NCBI GenBank assembly: GCA_040768905.1
Contig: JAXGMA010000001.1
Location: forward strand, 383,464-447,463
Source of the DNA: Christensenellales bacterium
Lineage (GTDB): Bacteria > Bacillota > Clostridia > Christensenellales > SZUA-584
Length of the DNA stretch: 64,000 nucleotides
Direction: 5' to 3'
In this document: in pieces, positions 62,355 through 64,000 of the stretch
Position numbering within the stretch: the stretch's first letter is position 1
How the letters are laid out: every line of letters begins with the position of its first letter
The notes under the pieces: generated by a model
Databases searched by the model: none
Seen by the model: only the letters and a program-made list of their open reading frames with translations
Told to the model about the DNA's origin: nothing
Made by a program: the position numbers and the translations under genes

Positions 62355-64000
62355 ATGCAGGTGAACGTTCCCATAAAGATTTATAAAGCGCGCATGAAAA
62401 ATGCTTTAGCAGGGTTGTTGATAATAATATGCGTGGCCGCCTTTGCAGGGTGCCGGCAAGAGACAGAGCTTTCAAACATATCAGATCTCAAAGCAGTGCC
62501 CGATGGGCGCGATATTGTGGTTTCATGGGCTCCGTCAAAAGATGCCAATTGTTATTATGTTTACAGAGCAAATCATGATGGAGACTACGCCTATTGGGGT
62601 GTGACTGAGAGAACAAAAATTAGGGATGTAACGGTATTGGAGGGCGAACAGTATTCGTACACTGTTTACCCTGCTCTTAAAACCAAAAACGGGTATGTGC
62701 GTGGTTCGGTTTACTTATCATCGGATCATGTGCCCGTGCTTATAAAACCGGCTATAACATCTGTTCAGGTTTCGGATGTCGGCTGCGTCATAAGATGGGA
62801 GTTTATTGAAGGCGCTTTGAAATATTCAGTATATAAAAAGCAACCTGGGAAGGACTTTGCGTATATAGGGGATTCTTCGTTCAACCACTATATAGATTCG
62901 TCATATGAAGATGGGAGTGTGTGTGAATATGTTGTGCAGATGAGCACGGTAATGAATGGACAAACGTTTACATCAGTGCTTAGCGAAGCAGTGCCGACGG
63001 TATCTGAACCAAAGATCATTCAAGCTGCCAGGGAAGATGCCTATACGGCTGTGATCACATGGGAAGGCATTGCTGATGAGCAAAAATACAGCGTTTATAG
63101 GGCAGTGGCACCAGATGGAGAATATGAGTTGGTTGGAGAAACAGATAAACCGTTGTTTCGTGATACAAACGCAAATTTTGAAATCTTAGATCAAATAACA
63201 GGGCAGCTGATGGGGACGGCCGATTATTATTACAAAGTTCAGGCGTATAAAGACATTGAACGATCTGTTTCATATTCGAAAGATTCGCAAGAAATGGCGC
63301 TGGATTCAACAGCGCCGATAAGCAAGTTTTTTGTGGCAAGGTATGTGGATTTTGTGGATAAAAGCCAGGTTATTGGTAACGATGCGGATATGATTTACAG
63401 CAATGAGTTTGAACAGGATCTTATATATTTAAAGCAGAATGGCTATGTGACCGTCACATCCAAAGAAGTGACTGATTATATCAATAACATTGCGCCGTTG
63501 CCTGAAAAAGCGGTGATGCTGACGATTGATGATGCAAGGTATGGTGTCTATGAGTATGCTTTTCCGCTTCTTCAAAAGTACGGCATGAAGGCAGTATTGG
63601 GTGTTGTTGGCGAATATGCCGACAATGCAAGCAAGGAACCTGCAATGGCGCGAAAATATTGCAACTGGGAAGAAATTTCAAGCATGGCTGCATCGGGTTG
63701 TTTTGAGCTCGCATCAGGCAGCTATTATTTAAATGATACGCAAGATACCAGTGTGGACAAGCGCGAGGGTGTTTTAAAGCATCCCTTTGAAACATCAGAA
63801 CAGTATTCAAAGCTTCTGGGTGATGATATTGCGCTTTTAAACGATAAGCTTATCGGCATAGACGGCAAAACACCCGCCGTTTTCGTGTATCCTTATTCGG
63901 CAAGAGATGCTGAGACGGATGATGTGTTAATAAATGAATTTGGGTTTAAGTTGTTGCTTGGCGATGACGATTCGCGCAAAACGCGCATGAACCATTTTGT
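62355..64000 (+). CDS. Lipoprotein with FN3-like repeats and polysaccharide deacetylase domain (partial)
   Basis: ATG 62355 after AAGGAG; lipobox FAG-C; later LKQNGY, LPEKAVMLTIDDA, FPLLQKYGMKA, FVYPY; runs off window; not in ORF track. Confidence 0.8.
   Translation, partial: MQVNVPIKIYKARMKNALAGLLIIICVAAFAGCRQETELSNISDLKAVPDGRDIVVSWAPSKDANCYYVYRANHDGDYAYWGVTERTKIRDVTVLEGEQYSYTVYPALKTKNGYVRGSVYLSSDHVPVLIKPAITSVQVSDVGCVIRWEFIEGALKYSVYKKQPGKDFAYIGDSSFNHYIDSSYEDGSVCEYVVQMSTVMNGQTFTSVLSEAVPTVSEPKIIQAAREDAYTAVITWEGIADEQKYSVYRAVAPDGEYELVGETDKPLFRDTNANFEILDQITGQLMGTADYYYKVQAYKDIERSVSYSKDSQEMALDSTAPISKFFVARYVDFVDKSQVIGNDADMIYSNEFEQDLIYLKQNGYVTVTSKEVTDYINNIAPLPEKAVMLTIDDARYGVYEYAFPLLQKYGMKAVLGVVGEYADNASKEPAMARKYCNWEEISSMAASGCFELASGSYYLNDTQDTSVDKREGVLKHPFETSEQYSKLLGDDIALLNDKLIGIDGKTPAVFVYPYSARDAETDDVLINEFGFKLLLGDDDSRKTRMNHF

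Overview
Chromosomal window from a Firmicute, Clostridia-like organism. 1-9.4 kb is a minus-strand type IV pilus locus (pilB, pilT, pilC, major pilin, pilD, minor pilins, PilX-like, pilM, pilN). 9.6-31.6 kb is housekeeping DNA (T-box/valS-folC, uvrBA, MFS, murG, methyltransferase, PfkB kinase, guaB-guaA). A composite island starts at the guaA 3' end. Its first part is a ~16.7 kb integrative mobilisable element (31557-48258: XRE repressor, Xis, tyrosine integrase, RepA helicase with iterons, ParM/ParR, oriT, MobV). The cargo is a type I R-M operon with an Abi/UG(DRT)-class reverse transcriptase tightly inserted between hsdS and hsdR, plus satD-DUF3307 behind a 4x palindromic repeat array. Two further att-like sites (about 50.1 and 52.2 kb) with conserved arm/operator/core spacing bracket two more defence-like cassettes (a wHTH-HEPN pair and GmrSD). 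An orphan repressor paralog follows, then a VTC-DUF4956-CotH / GT2 / deacetylase surface-polysaccharide operon that runs off the window. Family assignments come from recognising motifs by eye; no database searches were run.
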